NCBI GenBank assembly: GCA_964016885.1
Contig: CAXHJY010000135.1
Location: forward strand, 1-50,014
Length of the DNA: 50,014 nucleotides
Direction: 5' to 3'
Source: Eledone cirrhosa
Lineage: Eukaryota
Shown: positions 17,023 to 30,509 of the stretch, in pieces
Layout of the letters: each line of letters opens with the position of its first letter
Numbering within the stretch: position 1 is the stretch's first letter
Made by a program: the position numbers and the translations under genes
The notes under the pieces: generated by a model
The model's input: the letters and a program-made list of their open reading frames with translations, nothing else
Told to the model about the DNA's origin: nothing
Database searches by the model: none

Positions 17023-17079
17023 AATTAAAGAGTTAAACAAGATTCAATGAGTATATCAAAGAACGAGTTTTACAGTAGA

Positions 17080-17330
17080 TTCGAAGCACTCTACGAGAAA
17101 TAATTTTCCAGAGTTATTAATATTAAAATACAATAGATGTTCTTTTGATCAATTACATTTTATTATACATATTTCGGAGGTACAACAGTACGTTCTCATC
17201 AGACAAAATATATTGATACATGACATACCCTGAGATGTTAAATGGTTAAGATTTAATCAAGGTAATCACTACCTCCGAAATATGTATAATAAAATGTAAT
17301 TGATCAAAAGAACATCTATTTTATTAATAT
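17080..17330 (-). mobile_element. Penelope-like terminus (A-related) with ~50-bp inverted repeat and hammerhead core
   Basis: Arms about 17132-17182 and 17270-17320. Minus strand reads tattttgt-CTGATGA-gaacgtac tgtt gtacctcc-GAAA, with downstream actc...gagtgctt. Confidence 0.6.
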
Positions 17331-17387
17331 TTGTATTTTTTTATATATATGTGTGTGTATGTGTGTGTACCTGAGTGCGCGCGTGTA

Positions 17388-17539
17388 GGCGGTGAATTGG
17401 CAGAGTCGTTAGAACGCCTGAGAGTGATCTGCGGTGATCGTCTAGGATCACTACTCCCTCAGTTCATATCCTGTCTAGGTCAACTTTGCCTTTCAGCCAT
17501 GTGAGGTCGATAAAAAAAATACCAGTCAAGTACTGGGGG
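17388..17539 (+). mobile_element. Old diverged SINE related to family 1
   Basis: TGGCAGAGTCGTTAG A-box; GTCAACTTTGCCTTTCA..GGTCGATAAAA..TACCAG. Confidence 0.65.
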
Positions 17540-17970
17540 TAAATTCTTCCTTCCTCTGTATATCCATCTCACTCCCATTCTCTATAATTCTCTGGAAGAA
17601 ATCTGTTGTATTCAGAGCTGGAGAGCATATGGGCTCCGTTAGGTTTTAAAATGCCCTAGAAAATCCAGTATGTCAATATGGGACCCCCCACAATTCACAC
17701 TGGTGTTACGGAACCGCGAGGACTTGCATTTTAAAGTTTGAGAGGTTTTTGTTTATTATATCGATAGCAGACGGTCCTCGAATCGAATAACACCTTATAA
17801 CACAAAATTAGCAGGGTTTCCCTGAATCGAATTTTCTATCTTTTTTCCCCTCTATCTCCTATCTTCTATTCTATGTTTCGGTTGAACGCAATCCTGTTAC
17901 ACAATTCTGCAAATAACACCTGATGAAGTCGCCTAGTCTTACGTTATAATCAGATGATAGAGATGAGCCA

Positions 17971-18049
17971 TTGTTGATAGTGCAGTTTTAAATCAACATA
18001 TATGTTGATTTAAAACATATATGTTGATTTAAAACTGCACTATCAACAA
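17971..18049. repeat. 60-bp perfect palindrome with a 19-bp internal duplication
   Basis: TTGTTGATAGTGCAGTTTTAAATCAACATA|TATGTTGATTTAAAA[CATATATGTTGATTTAAAA]CTGCACTATCAACAA. Confidence 0.85.
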
Positions 18050-18079
18050 GTGTTTTTTTAGCCTTCATATCATGTTCTC

Positions 18080-18230
18080 CTGTTTTATCTGATGAAAACA
18101 CAAATATTATTGCTTGATGATGTTTGTTTTTGAAATGCGCATAATAAAATATATGGAACTCCTTTAACCATCTTTTGATCTTATATTATGCATACTCCAG
18201 TCCCACAAACTGTAGAGTGCTTCTTATCCG
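18080..18230 (+). ncRNA. Hammerhead-like motif in a Penelope-like terminus
   Basis: CTGATGA (18089), ~15-bp stem II aaacacaaatattat/atgatgtttgttttt, GAAA (18132), tgcgcataata...tattatgca stem III, then actcc..gagtgctt. Confidence 0.55.
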
Positions 18231-18446
18231 ATATCTGCATTGCTTTATTGTACTACAATAAAACTCACCTCCTACATATAAATATATATATATTTATACG
18301 CATATATTTATATATACATATTCACACATATATATATATATATATACATATTCACACACACATATATATATATATACATATTCACACACACACACATACA
18401 TATATATAGACACATACACACACACATATACATATATGTGTATGCG

Positions 18447-18488
<42 letters not shown>

Positions 18489-18579
18489 AGAGATACGTTT
18501 ATGTGCGCGTGCGTGTGTTTATGTGTTTTTATATGCTTGTGTTATTGTATGCATACGTTTGTGTGTGTATTTGTATATG

Positions 18580-19210
18580 TGTTAGACTATATTATACGTG
18601 TGTGTGTATAAGTGTTAAACTTTATTGTATGTGTTTGTGTGTATGTGTGTGTTAGATATTATTGTGCGTGTTTGTGTGTATGTGTGTGTTAGATATTATT
18701 GTGCGTGTTTGTGTGTGTGTGTGTGTGTGTTAGACTATATTGTATGTCTGTGTGTATGTGTTAGATATCATTGTGTGTGTTTGTGTGTGTGTGTGTCTGT
18801 GTTAGACTATATTGTATGTGTTTGTGTGTATGTCTGTGTTATATATTATTGTGTGTGTTTGTGTGTGTGTGTGTCTGTGTTAGACTATATTGTATGTGTG
18901 TGTGTGTGTCTGTGTTAGATATTATTGTGCGTGTTTGTGTGTGTGTGTCTGTGTTAGACTATATTGTATGTGTTTGTGTGTATGTCTGTGTTAGATATTA
19001 TTGTGTGTCTGTCTGTGTTAGACTATATTGTATGTGTGTGTGTGTATGTCTGTGTTAGATATTATTGTGTGTGTTTGTGTGTGTGTGCCTGTGTTAGACT
19101 ATGTTGTATGTGTGTGTGTATGTGTTAGATATTATTGTGTGTGTTTGTGTGTGTGTGTCTGTGTTAGACTATATTGTATGTGTTTGCATGTGTTTGTGTA
19201 TAAGTTACAC
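18580..19210. repeat. Minisatellite alternating GTTAGACTATATTGT and GTTAGATATTATTGT units with (GT)n spacers
   Basis: Direct reading. Confidence 0.85.
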
Positions 19211-19577
19211 TGTATCTAATACACAAGATTTGCTTAAGGCATGAAGAAAATATGTAAGTTAAATAGTGAGGTGATAAATATTAAGAAGATAATAAGAAGA
19301 TAATAAGGCTGACTTATACAATAGGGAGAAATATTATCATCTCCTCTCTTGTATAATTGTGTTAATGTTCCGTGTTTGTCTTAAATATTTTCTATAACCT
19401 TTGTAAATACCTTGTGTATACTTTAATCATTTTATTGCATTTTATACAACAACCACCGGCAATCTACATACAAATTACACATAAATATGTATATACATAT
19501 ACGTATATATATAAATAGATACTTACATAAATACGTACAAATATATGTGCGTATATATATATAAATATATATATATA

Positions 19578-19795
19578 CGATATTAAACAAATGGAAACTA
19601 TATTTATAAAACCATATTTATTTCGTTATATATATTTCTGGGATATCATATTAAAAATATGGTATGCCTTCCTCAGACAAAATACAATATATAAGCTGTT
19701 TTATAAATAATTTTGACATACCTTAGAATAATGCAACTTCCATTTAAAAAGTTGATTTACTCGTTGTAACCCAACAATTTTAAATAAAACTTTTG
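19578..19795 (-). mobile_element. Penelope-like terminus family A, rearranged
   Basis: Minus strand CTGAGGA-aggcataccatatt ttt aatatgatatccca-GAAA; followed by the family's plus-strand 3' tail (gttgtaacccaacaattttaaat). Confidence 0.65.
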
Positions 19796-19878
19796 CATAT
19801 ATATATATATATATACATACATACATATACGAATATATATAAATAGATACTTACATAAATACAGACATATATATGTGC

Positions 19879-19913
<35 letters not shown>

Positions 19914-19968
19914 CATATACGTATATATATAAATAGATACTTACATAAATACATACATATATATGTGC

Positions 19969-20009
<41 letters not shown>

Positions 20010-20210
20010 CATATACGTATATATATAAATAGATACTTACATAAATACGTACAAATATATGTGCGTATATATATACATATACGTATATATAGAAATAGAT
20101 ACTTACATAAATACATACATATATATGTGCATATATATATATATATATATATTTACATATACGTATATATATAAATAGATACTTACATAAATACATACAT
20201 ATATATGTGC

Positions 20211-20255
<45 letters not shown>

Positions 20256-20280
20256 CATATACGTATATATATAAATAGAT

Positions 20281-20888
20281 GGTGGCTGCCAACTCGTTTT
20301 CGAGTACGGCCACTACTTTATATCCATATAGGAGAACCCCTACCGATGCACTGAACGAGTGTGACCTTTTAGTCCAGCCAGCGACTTGAAAACTCTGGTA
20401 CAAACACCACACTTGTGACAAATATTGACACATAGTGCTGGGGTCATGGTACCCTGTGACGACAAGTGCAGAGAGATCTCCTGATATAAAGCAATGCCTG
20501 TGCCGTGAAGCTTTTATAGTGAGCAAAGGCACTGCACAAAGCCAGTCCCACTCTCTTAACCAAGATGATATTTACCAAAAAGAAGAACAAGTCAACATCA
20601 TTGGATACCATCAGAGTTGCAGGTGTTATATCAGAGTTTTCCTTCTCCTAGAATTCTGCCTTGACAAAGGCTAAGGGGTCATCTCTCCCGGTGATTTTGG
20701 ATGGCCATTGACTCTTAAGAGCTCCTTTGCCCTTTGACAGGTCTTGTTTTTAGTCCTGCAGGATGTCCAAAGTCACCCTCCTCACCAAGAAACCTTGGTG
20801 GGGTTGCCAGTTTAGTCGCCAACGACCCGACCATGGGACAGGTTGTACTGGGATACATGTTACCAGTAGCACCAACTGGTGACCTGAC
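20281..20888 (-). mobile_element. ~600-bp non-coding retroposon family C (RTE-like), longest copy, with 12-bp TSD
   Basis: ATATAAATAGAT duplicated at 20269-20280 and 20889-20900; minus strand has CTAGGAGAAGGAAAACTCTG, resembling RTE 5'UTRs; 3' stem-loop ACTCG-AAAA-CGAGT. Confidence 0.75.
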
Positions 20889-20930
20889 ATATAAATAGAT
20901 ACTTACATAAATACATACATATATATGTGC

Positions 20931-20977
<47 letters not shown>

Positions 20978-21027
20978 CATATACGTATATATATAAATAG
21001 ATACTTACATAAATACATACATATATA

Positions 21028-21070
<43 letters not shown>

Positions 21071-21140
21071 TCTTGTATGTACGTATATATATATATATAT
21101 ATAAATTGTGTGTGTGTGTATGTGTTTGTGTTTGTCTCTG

Positions 21141-21200
<60 letters not shown>

Positions 21201-21365
21201 GAGAGAGAGGGAGGAGAGGGGGTGGGGGAGGGAGAGGGGGGCAGATAGGGGAGAGAGAGAGAGAGAGAGGGAGGAGAGAGGGGGTGGAGAGCGAGTGATG
21301 GATATAGGTATTTAGACATATCGATACATACACGCAATAAATATAACATAAATGTATATATAATA

Positions 21366-21480
21366 GGTGGCCTAGTGGTTAAAGTGTTTCACTTACGACC
21401 CTAACACCGTGCGATCAAATCGTAAGTCCGGGTCCGTTCTTGAGCAAGACCACTTCACTTCTTGTGTGTCTAGTCCACTC
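21366..21480 (+). mobile_element. SINE family 2, diverged
   Basis: TGGCCTAGTGGTTAA A-box; GTTCTTGAGCAAGACCACTT core. Confidence 0.55.
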
Positions 21481-21574
21481 ATCCATCAATAGATCATGGT
21501 TTACCCTGCTGTCCGGTGATGGTGGAGGCGTACTCTTAGTCGCAGCGACCTGATGATGACTATAACTTATTTTA

Positions 21575-21615
21575 AATATACGTATATACATACACACACA
21601 CATATGTATATACAT

Positions 21616-21661
<46 letters not shown>

Positions 21662-21961
21662 AATATAGTGCATATATACATATACGTATATATATATATA
21701 TATATATATATATACGATATTAATTGTTTCTTCTTTTGGCACAAGGCCAGCAATTATCCAGTGCATTACTGGTACTTTATTTTATCGACCCCGTAAGGAT
21801 GAAAGGCAAAGTCAACCTCGGCGGGATTTGAACTCAGACCGTAAAGGGACGTAACTATGCTGGAAAGCATGGCGTCCGACCCTCTACCGATACTGCCAAT
21901 CCACATTAATAAATGAAAACTATATTTATAAAACCATACACACACACATATGTATATACAT

Positions 21962-21993
<32 letters not shown>

Positions 21994-22107
21994 GAAAAAT
22001 ATAGTGCATATATACATATACGTATATATATATATATATATATATACGATATTAATAAATGAAAACTATATTTATAAAACCATACACACACACATATGTA
22101 TATACAT

Positions 22108-22143
<36 letters not shown>

Positions 22144-22261
22144 GAAAAATATAGTGCATATATACATATACGTATATATATATATATATATATATATATA
22201 CGATATTAATAAATGAAAACTATATTTATAAAACCATACACACACACATATGTATATACAT

Positions 22262-22293
<32 letters not shown>

Positions 22294-22321
22294 GAAAAAT
22301 ATAGTGCATATATACATATAC

Positions 22322-22355
<34 letters not shown>

Positions 22356-22360
22356 GATAT
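21575..22360. repeat. ~150-bp tandem repeat built from a family A end plus microsatellite
   Basis: Unit CGATATTAATAAATGAAAACTATATTTATAAAACCATAC...GAAAAATATAGTGCAT repeated about 4 times. Confidence 0.8.
21722..21904 (-). mobile_element. SINE family 1 inserted in the tandem repeat
   Basis: Full reverse-complement copy; ATTAAT on both sides is a possible TSD. Confidence 0.88.
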
Positions 22361-22641
22361 TAATAAATGGAAACTATATTTATAAAACCATATTTATTTC
22401 ATTATACATATTTCAGGGATACCACATTAAATTATGGTATGCCTTCATCAGATAAAATACAATATATAACAGTTTTACAAATAGCTTTGACGTACCCTTT
22501 TAAAATACAACCATTACTTTTGGAGGCTGTCTGGATAGTATTTATTAATATCGTATATCTACTCTAAAACTTTGTCGAGTGCTTTATATCAGTTATAAAA
22601 ATATTTACTTGTTGTATCCCAACAACTTTAAATAGAACTTT

Positions 22642-22645
<4 letters not shown>
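22355..22645. mobile_element. Penelope-like terminus family A: inverted arm plus 3' tail, centre deleted
   Basis: 22355-22539 matches the left arm of 16378-16955 (intact CTGATGA on minus strand, 22445-22451); 22540-22645 matches 16845-16955. Confidence 0.7.
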
Positions 22646-22680
<35 letters not shown>

Positions 22681-22793
22681 TAAAATAACAGATTAAAGTT
22701 TAAGCAAAGAATCGCTGCTTTCACTCTTAACGGGATCTTCTGAAACTTTAGTCTTCAAATTTATTATTATTACTATATATATATATATGAAAA

Positions 22794-22873
<80 letters not shown>

Positions 22874-22894
22874 CGTGTGCGTGTGCGAATCCCG

Positions 22895-23030
22895 GGTTTA
22901 ATGGGAGTTAACCACAGTTAGTAAGGTACTGAAATTAGTAGAGTGTAAACATCAAGTTTAATGTAGAAATGACTTCTACACGACTAGAAATGTTTCATTC
23001 ACAAGAAATCATCTGGAAAGCCTGATGCTT
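22895..23030 (-). mobile_element. Diverged family B terminus
   Basis: GTAACCACAGTTAGTAAGGTACT...GACTAGAAATGTTTCATTC..AGAAATCATC is homologous to the reverse complement of 2107-2220. Confidence 0.55.
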
Positions 23031-23056
23031 CCCTGAATATATCGTTTGATACACAC

Positions 23057-23124
<68 letters not shown>

Positions 23125-23291
23125 CCTGTTCTCTCTTTCGCCCTATGTATTTTGTTTCTATCAACTCTTCTCCCATCTTTCTTTCTCTCCGTTTCTCCCT
23201 CTCAATTTCACTCTCCCTCTCTCTGCTAGTCACCTTACTGTTTCTCTTGCTTGCCCTCTAGCTGTCTCTTTCTCACTACTCCTTCGGAGGT

Positions 23292-24685
23292 CAGGCGTGA
23301 TTTTTTTCTCGTCCAACTCTCATGGTCTTATCTGTCTCATGCAGATAGACATGCTCGAGAGACGGGCTCCTAGGCTTCGAGGTTCGTAGATGTTGTCGGG
23401 GGGATATGATGCGATATTCAAATGCTGTCTGGACTGATGTTAGGCCTCTGCCTCCCTGCTTACGTTTCAAGTAAAAGCGGTCTATGTCACTGTTGGTGTG
23501 GATGTTTCCGGTGTTGTTTACTATTTTTTTGAGTTCTAACATCAATTGCTCGGATTGCGTCTATCGCCCATTTGAGTATTCCAAACGTTGGTGTTTGGAC
23601 AGGCACAGCAAACACATTGTGAGCCACTGTTTTGTTTTGCGCAGAGAGTTCCGATGACCATATCTTTCTTAATCGGGTGTAGTATTCCCTGGTTACGCGT
23701 TCCTTATTACAGATACCATTATAGGATATGTTCTCATCTATCCCTAGGTATCTGTAGCAGTCCTCATTAGATATTGGTGAAACAGTTAGGCCATTGATAC
23801 AAATGTTGCTAGACTGGGTTGTTGTTTTCCTCGCTTTACAGTCGTATACGAGCATTTATCTTGGCCAAACTCCATTCCTATATCCTTTGAGAATGTTGTA
23901 ACCAGGTTTTTCTTCATCCCATCCATGTTCTTGGCATAGAGTTTCAGATCATCCACAAAGAAATTATGCGTTAGGTTCGTATTTCTGTCCTCCTGTGAAC
24001 CAATTATGTATCCTTCACATTTCTTGAGCAGAAAGGAAAAGGGGTTTAATGACAGGATAAATAATATCACAGAGAGACTGTCTCTTTGAAATATACCTCT
24101 GTGATATTCTATTTTATCAGTGAAAATAGAGTCCTCCTTCTCTGTCTTTAACTTTAGGATAGTAGCCCAACAAGAGACAGCTTCTCTATGGCTCTGATAA
24201 TAATGTCTGGTACTTTAGCAAGTCGTAGGGCCTCTATCATCCAAGAGTGGGGAACATAATCGAAAGCTTTCCTGTAGTCCAGCCAGACTGTAGCCATATT
24301 CCTCCTAAGTTGTCACACCTCAGACATCGCAGTTTTGTTGATTAGGAGTTGTCCAGCACACCATCAAACACCTTTTTTTCCAGCTTGTTCATCTGTGATG
24401 ATATTATTATTTTCACAGTGATCTTGGAGGAATAGTTTCAGGCAGGCTGTATAATCTTATACATCAGGTTCTGGCTTGCAATGGGTCGGTAGTTTTTTGC
24501 CAAGTGGGTGTCTTTGTTCTTGGGGACAGTAATGTTTGTGCTAATGTCAACCATTCTGGTATAAGTGATTCTCCCTTAAGAACTTGTTGATAGAGGTCGG
24601 TAAGATACTTCCAATAGAATATCAGTTTTTTGTACTAGTAGCCGACAATCATGTCTCTTCCTAGTGTTTTCTTATCTTGGAGTTT
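23292..24685 (-). pseudogene. Decayed reverse transcriptase of an R4/Dong-like non-LTR retrotransposon
   Basis: Motifs KNYRPIA, WLDYRKAFDYVPHSW, GIFQRDSLS, FVDDLKLY, DIGMEFGQDKC, YRYLGI, RKQGGRGL, broken by frameshifts and stops. Confidence 0.85.
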
Positions 24686-24895
24686 TCCTATCATATGTAT
24701 GTATGTATGTATATATGTAAGTATATATGTATGTATATATGTATGTATATATGTATGTATATATGTATGTATATATGTAAGTATATATGTAAGTATATAT
24801 GTAAGTATATATGTATGTATGTATATAAGTATATATGTAAATATATATGTATGTATGGTTTATGTATGTATGTATATATGTATGTATGTATATAA

Positions 24896-25223
24896 GTATC
24901 CAATAATGCTGACTTGTTCTTCTTTTTGGTAAATATCATCTAGGTTAAGAGAGTGGGACTGGCATTGCGCAGTGCCTTTGCTCACTATAAGAGCTTCACG
25001 GCACAGGCATTGCTTTATATATGGAGATCTCTCTGCACTTATCGTCACGTGGTACCATGGGCCCAGCACTATGTGTCAATAATTGTCACAAGTGTAGTTT
25101 TTGTACCAGAGTTTTCAAGTCGCTGGCTGGACTAAAAAGTCACATTCGTTTAGCGCATCGGTAGGGGTTCTACTACATGGATATAAAGTAGTGGCCGTAC
25201 TCGAAAACGAGTTGGCAGCTACC
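24896..25223 (+). mobile_element. Family C retroposon, 5'-truncated, opposite orientation
   Basis: Reverse complement of about 20281-20608; same 3' end (GAGTTGGCAGCTACC). Confidence 0.8.
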
Positions 25224-25490
25224 ATATATGTATATATGTAAGTATATATGTATGTATGCATGTATGTATGTATGTGTGTAAGTATATATGTATGACCCCA
25301 TTAGTGTATAATATCGTGTGTTTAGTGCTTTAAGCAGTGTAAGAATAAAGCCATCCTAACAAAATAAGATGTTATAATATTATTAAGGTAAAGACGTGAA
25401 ACTGTGATGTTGTGATGGAGAATAACTTAATATAAGTTTGGTAGCATGTAATATGGCAGTGAGAGGAGAACTACATACACACACACAAAC

Positions 25491-25544
<54 letters not shown>

Positions 25545-25551
<7 letters not shown>

Positions 25552-25729
25552 TATACATATATGTATATATAGAGAGAGACATGTACACAAACACAAATAC
25601 ACACACACGCGCATACAGACACATACACACACACAGATACACACACATCTGTGTGTGTGTATGTGTGTGTATGCGCGTGTGTGTGTATTTGTGTTTGTGT
25701 ACATGTCTCTCTCTATACATATATGTATA

Positions 25730-25737
<8 letters not shown>
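25545..25737. repeat. ~90-bp-arm fold-back inverted repeat of low-complexity DNA
   Basis: GAGAGAGACATGTACACAAACACAAATAC...CAGAT-acacacac-ATCTG...GTATTTGTGTTTGTGTACATGTCTCTCTC. Confidence 0.8.
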
Positions 25738-25739
<2 letters not shown>

Positions 25740-25769
<30 letters not shown>

Positions 25770-25997
25770 TATATACATATATATAAGTATATATATACAT
25801 ATGTACATATATGTATACACACATTTATATATACATATGTATATACATGTGTATATACATATGTATATACATATGTATATCTATATATATATATGCACAT
25901 ATGTATACACATATATATATATACATATATGTATACACATATATATATATATACATACATATATAAATATATATATATACACATATATATATACATA

Positions 25998-26035
<38 letters not shown>

Positions 26036-26093
26036 AATATATGTATACACACACATATATATATATATATACATATATATATATGTGTATGTA

Positions 26094-26126
<33 letters not shown>

Positions 26127-26141
26127 ATATATATATACATG

Positions 26142-26216
<75 letters not shown>

Positions 26217-26250
26217 ATATATATATGTATGTGTGTATATATATATTTAT

Positions 26251-26298
<48 letters not shown>

Positions 26299-26355
26299 AT
26301 ATATATATATGAATGTACATATATATATATATATATATGTATGTACATATATATA

Positions 26356-26424
<69 letters not shown>

Positions 26425-27818
26425 ATGTACATATATATATGTATGGACATATATATATATATATGTATGTACATATATATATATTTATGTATATATATAT
26501 ATATGTATGTACACACACATATATATGTGTGTATGTGTGAGTACATCTATATATATGTATGTACATATATATATAGATGTACATATATATATGTATGTAC
26601 ATATATATATATGTATGTATATATATATATGTATGTATATATATATATGTATGTATATATATATATATATGTACATACATATATATATATATACTTACAT
26701 ACATATATATATATATACTTACATACATATATATATATATACTTACATACATATATATATACTTACATACATATATATATACTTACATACATACATATAT
26801 ATATACACACACATATACATATATATGCATATATATATGCACCGATACATAAACAGAAATGAATATATGTTTACCTATATATATCTGTATGTGTGTGTGT
26901 GCATGTCTGCGTGTTGTGTGTGTGTGTGTGTGTGACGGTGTGCTTGTAAATGTTGTTTTTGTGTGTGCGCTTGTGTTTGTATACATGTGTGTGTTCGTTT
27001 GTAAGTTTAAATACTTTAGCAAAATATTATGAAGGAAAACAGAATTTTGAAGAGCGTAACAAAGGGAGATAATATAATTATCACACTGGTTCGTACCAGA
27101 TCCGTTTTTTAGCAGAATTTGATTTGCGACTATATTACATAGTTTTATGTAAATTTCACGTAATTACTCGAGAATTTTTACATTTTAACCTCGTAAAATA
27201 CTGCTGGAGACTTTCTCATATACGATTATGATATATATACATGTATATATATACATATATATATATGTATGTACGTATGTATGCGCGTATGTATATGTGT
27301 ATGTATGTATATATGTATGTGTGTGCGTATATGCATACATACATATATACATTCATATATACATACACATATACATATATATACATATATATATGTATAC
27401 ATATATATACATACACATATATATATACATATATATATGTATACATATATATACATACACATATATATGTATACATATATATACATACACATATATATGT
27501 ATACATATATATGTATACATACATATATATATACATAAATATATATATACATAAATATATATATACATAAATATATATATATACATAAATATATATATAT
27601 ACATACACATATATATATATACATACATATATATATATATACATACATATATATATATACATACATATATATATATACATATATATATATACATACATAA
27701 ATATATATACATATATATATATATACATACATAAATATATATACATATATATATATACATACATAAATATATATACATATATATATATACATACATAAAT
27801 ATATATATACATACATAA

Positions 27819-27854
<36 letters not shown>

Positions 27855-29438
27855 ACATACATACATATATACATACATATATACATACATATATATATAT
27901 ACATACATATATATATATACATACATACATATATATATACATACATATATATATATATACATACATATATATATATATACATACATATATATATATATAC
28001 ATACATATATATATATATATACATACATATATATATATATACATACATATATATATATATACATACATATATATATATATACATACATATATATATATAT
28101 ACATACATACATACATACATATATATATATACATACATATATATATACATGGTGGCTGCCAACTCGTTTTCGAGTACGGCCACTACTTTATATCCATGTA
28201 GGAGAACCCCTACCGATGCGCTGAACGAGTGTGACTTTTTAGTCCAGCCAGCGACTTGAAAACTCTGGCACAAACACTACACTTGTGACAATTACTGACA
28301 CATAGTGCTGGGCCCATGGTACCATGTGAGGACAAGTGCAGAGAGATCTCCAGATATAAAGCAATGCCTGTGCCATAAAGCTTTTATAGTGAGCAAAGGC
28401 ACTGCACAAAGCCAGTCCCACTCTCTTGACCAAGATGATATTTACCAAAAAGAAGAACAAGTCAACATCATTGGGTACCACCAGGGTTGCAGGTGTTATA
28501 TCAGAGTTTTCCTTCTCCTAGAATTCTGCCTTGACAAAGGCTAAGGGGTCATCTCTCCCTGTGATTTTGGATGGCCATTGACTCTTAAGAGCTCCTTTGC
28601 CCTTTGACAGGTTTTGTTTTTAGTCCTGCAGGATGTCCAAAGTCACCCTCCTCACCAAGAAACCTTGGTAGGGTTGCCAGTTTAGTCGCCAACGACCCGT
28701 ATATGTATATACATACATACATATATACATACATATACATACATATATATATATATACATACAAATATATATACATACAAATATATATACATACATATAT
28801 ATACATACAAATATATATACATACAAATATATATACATACAAATATATATACATACATATATATATATACATACAAATATATATATACATACAAATATAT
28901 ATATACATACATATATATATACATACAAATATATATACATACAAATATATATACATACATATATATATACATACATATATATATACATACATATATATAT
29001 ACATACATATATATATACATACATATATATATACATACATATATACATACATATATATATACATACATATATATATACATACATATATATATACATACAT
29101 ATATATATACATACAAATATATATACATACAAATATATATACATACAAATATATATACATACAAATATATATACATACATATATATATACATACATATAT
29201 ATATACATACAAATATATATACATACAAATATATATACATACAAATATATATACATACATATATACATACATATATACATACATACATATATATATACAT
29301 ACATATATATGTATATATGCATATATATACATACATATGTATGTATATATAGATATATATACATACATATATATACATACATGCATATATATATATACAT
29401 ACATATATATATATACATACATACATATATATATATAT
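25740..29438. repeat. (TA)n/(TACA)n compound microsatellite domain
   Basis: Direct reading; interrupted by a short unique segment and a family C copy. Confidence 0.85.
28151..28699 (-). mobile_element. Family C retroposon
   Basis: Highly similar to 20281-20829; embedded in (TACA)/(TA) repeats. Confidence 0.8.
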
Positions 29439-30023
29439 GGTGGCTGCCAACTCGTTTTCGAGTACGGCCACTACTTTATATCCATGTAGGAGAACCCCTA
29501 CCGAAGCTCTGAACGAGTGTGACTTTTTAGTCCAGCCAGCGACTTGATACAAACACTAATACTTGTGACAATTATTGACACATAGTGCTGAGCCCATGGT
29601 ACCATGTGATGACAAGTGCAGAGAGATCTCCAGATATAAAGCAATGCCTGTTCCGTGAAGCTTTTATAGTGAGCAAAGGCACTGCACAAAGCCAGTCCCA
29701 CTCTCTTAACCAAGATGTTTACCAAAAAGAAGAACAAGTCAACATCATTGGATACCATCAGGGTTGCAGGTGTTATATCAGAGTTTTCCTTCTCCTAGAA
29801 TTCTGCCTTGACAAAGGCTAAGGGGTCATCTCTCCCGGTGATTTTTGATGGCCATTGACTCTTAAGAGCTCCTTTGCCCTTTGACAGGTTTTGTTTTTAG
29901 TCCTGCAGGATGTCCAAAGCCCCCCTCCTCACTAAGACACCTTGGTGGGGTTGCCAGTTTAGTCGCCAACGACCCGACCATGACACAGGTTGTACTTGGA
30001 TACATGTTACCAGTAGCACCAAC
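29439..30023 (-). mobile_element. Family C retroposon
   Basis: Highly similar to 20281-20876; followed by pure (CATA)n. Confidence 0.8.
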
Positions 30024-30111
30024 ATACATACATACATACATACATACATACATACATACATACATACATACATACATACATACATACATACATACATACA
30101 TACATACATAC

Positions 30112-30148
<37 letters not shown>

Positions 30149-30435
30149 ATAAATAAACAGAATTATGAAAACAAACGACACAGTAGAACATGAAGAATTA
30201 CATTAGTTTACCGTTCTTTCTGAATGTTTAGCTAGATATATACACCCTTTCCAATATACACCCTTCCCAATATACAACTACTGCTGTTAATATCTCTGAT
30301 TTAACACGTTGTCTAGCAGAGCCGGTGAGACCGTCGACATCACAATAAATGATTCGATTCTCCAATCCACAATTTTCCAATGAAATTTAAAAGAAACTCA
30401 CTGAGTTAGTTGAATGCACGTCATCTAACAAAGGT

Positions 30436-30470
<35 letters not shown>

Positions 30471-30509
30471 TGCAGATAGATGGCTAGATAAATGGCTAGA
30501 TATATAGAT

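Larger units (their letters stand above)
19480..21035. repeat. ~75-bp minisatellite (ACATATACGTATATATATAAATAGATACTTACATAAATAC...) interrupted by two insertions
   Basis: About 9 units; interrupted at 19578-19795 and 20281-20888. Confidence 0.8.

Noticed and set aside
20435-20674. Recurrent 79-aa ORF in family C copies
   Set aside because: Recurrence reflects DNA identity among copies; non-ATG start, antisense to the inferred element sense, no recognisable domain
22700-22750. Minus-strand CAGAAGA..GAAAG hammerhead-like remnant
   Set aside because: Core mutated and stems too weak to support
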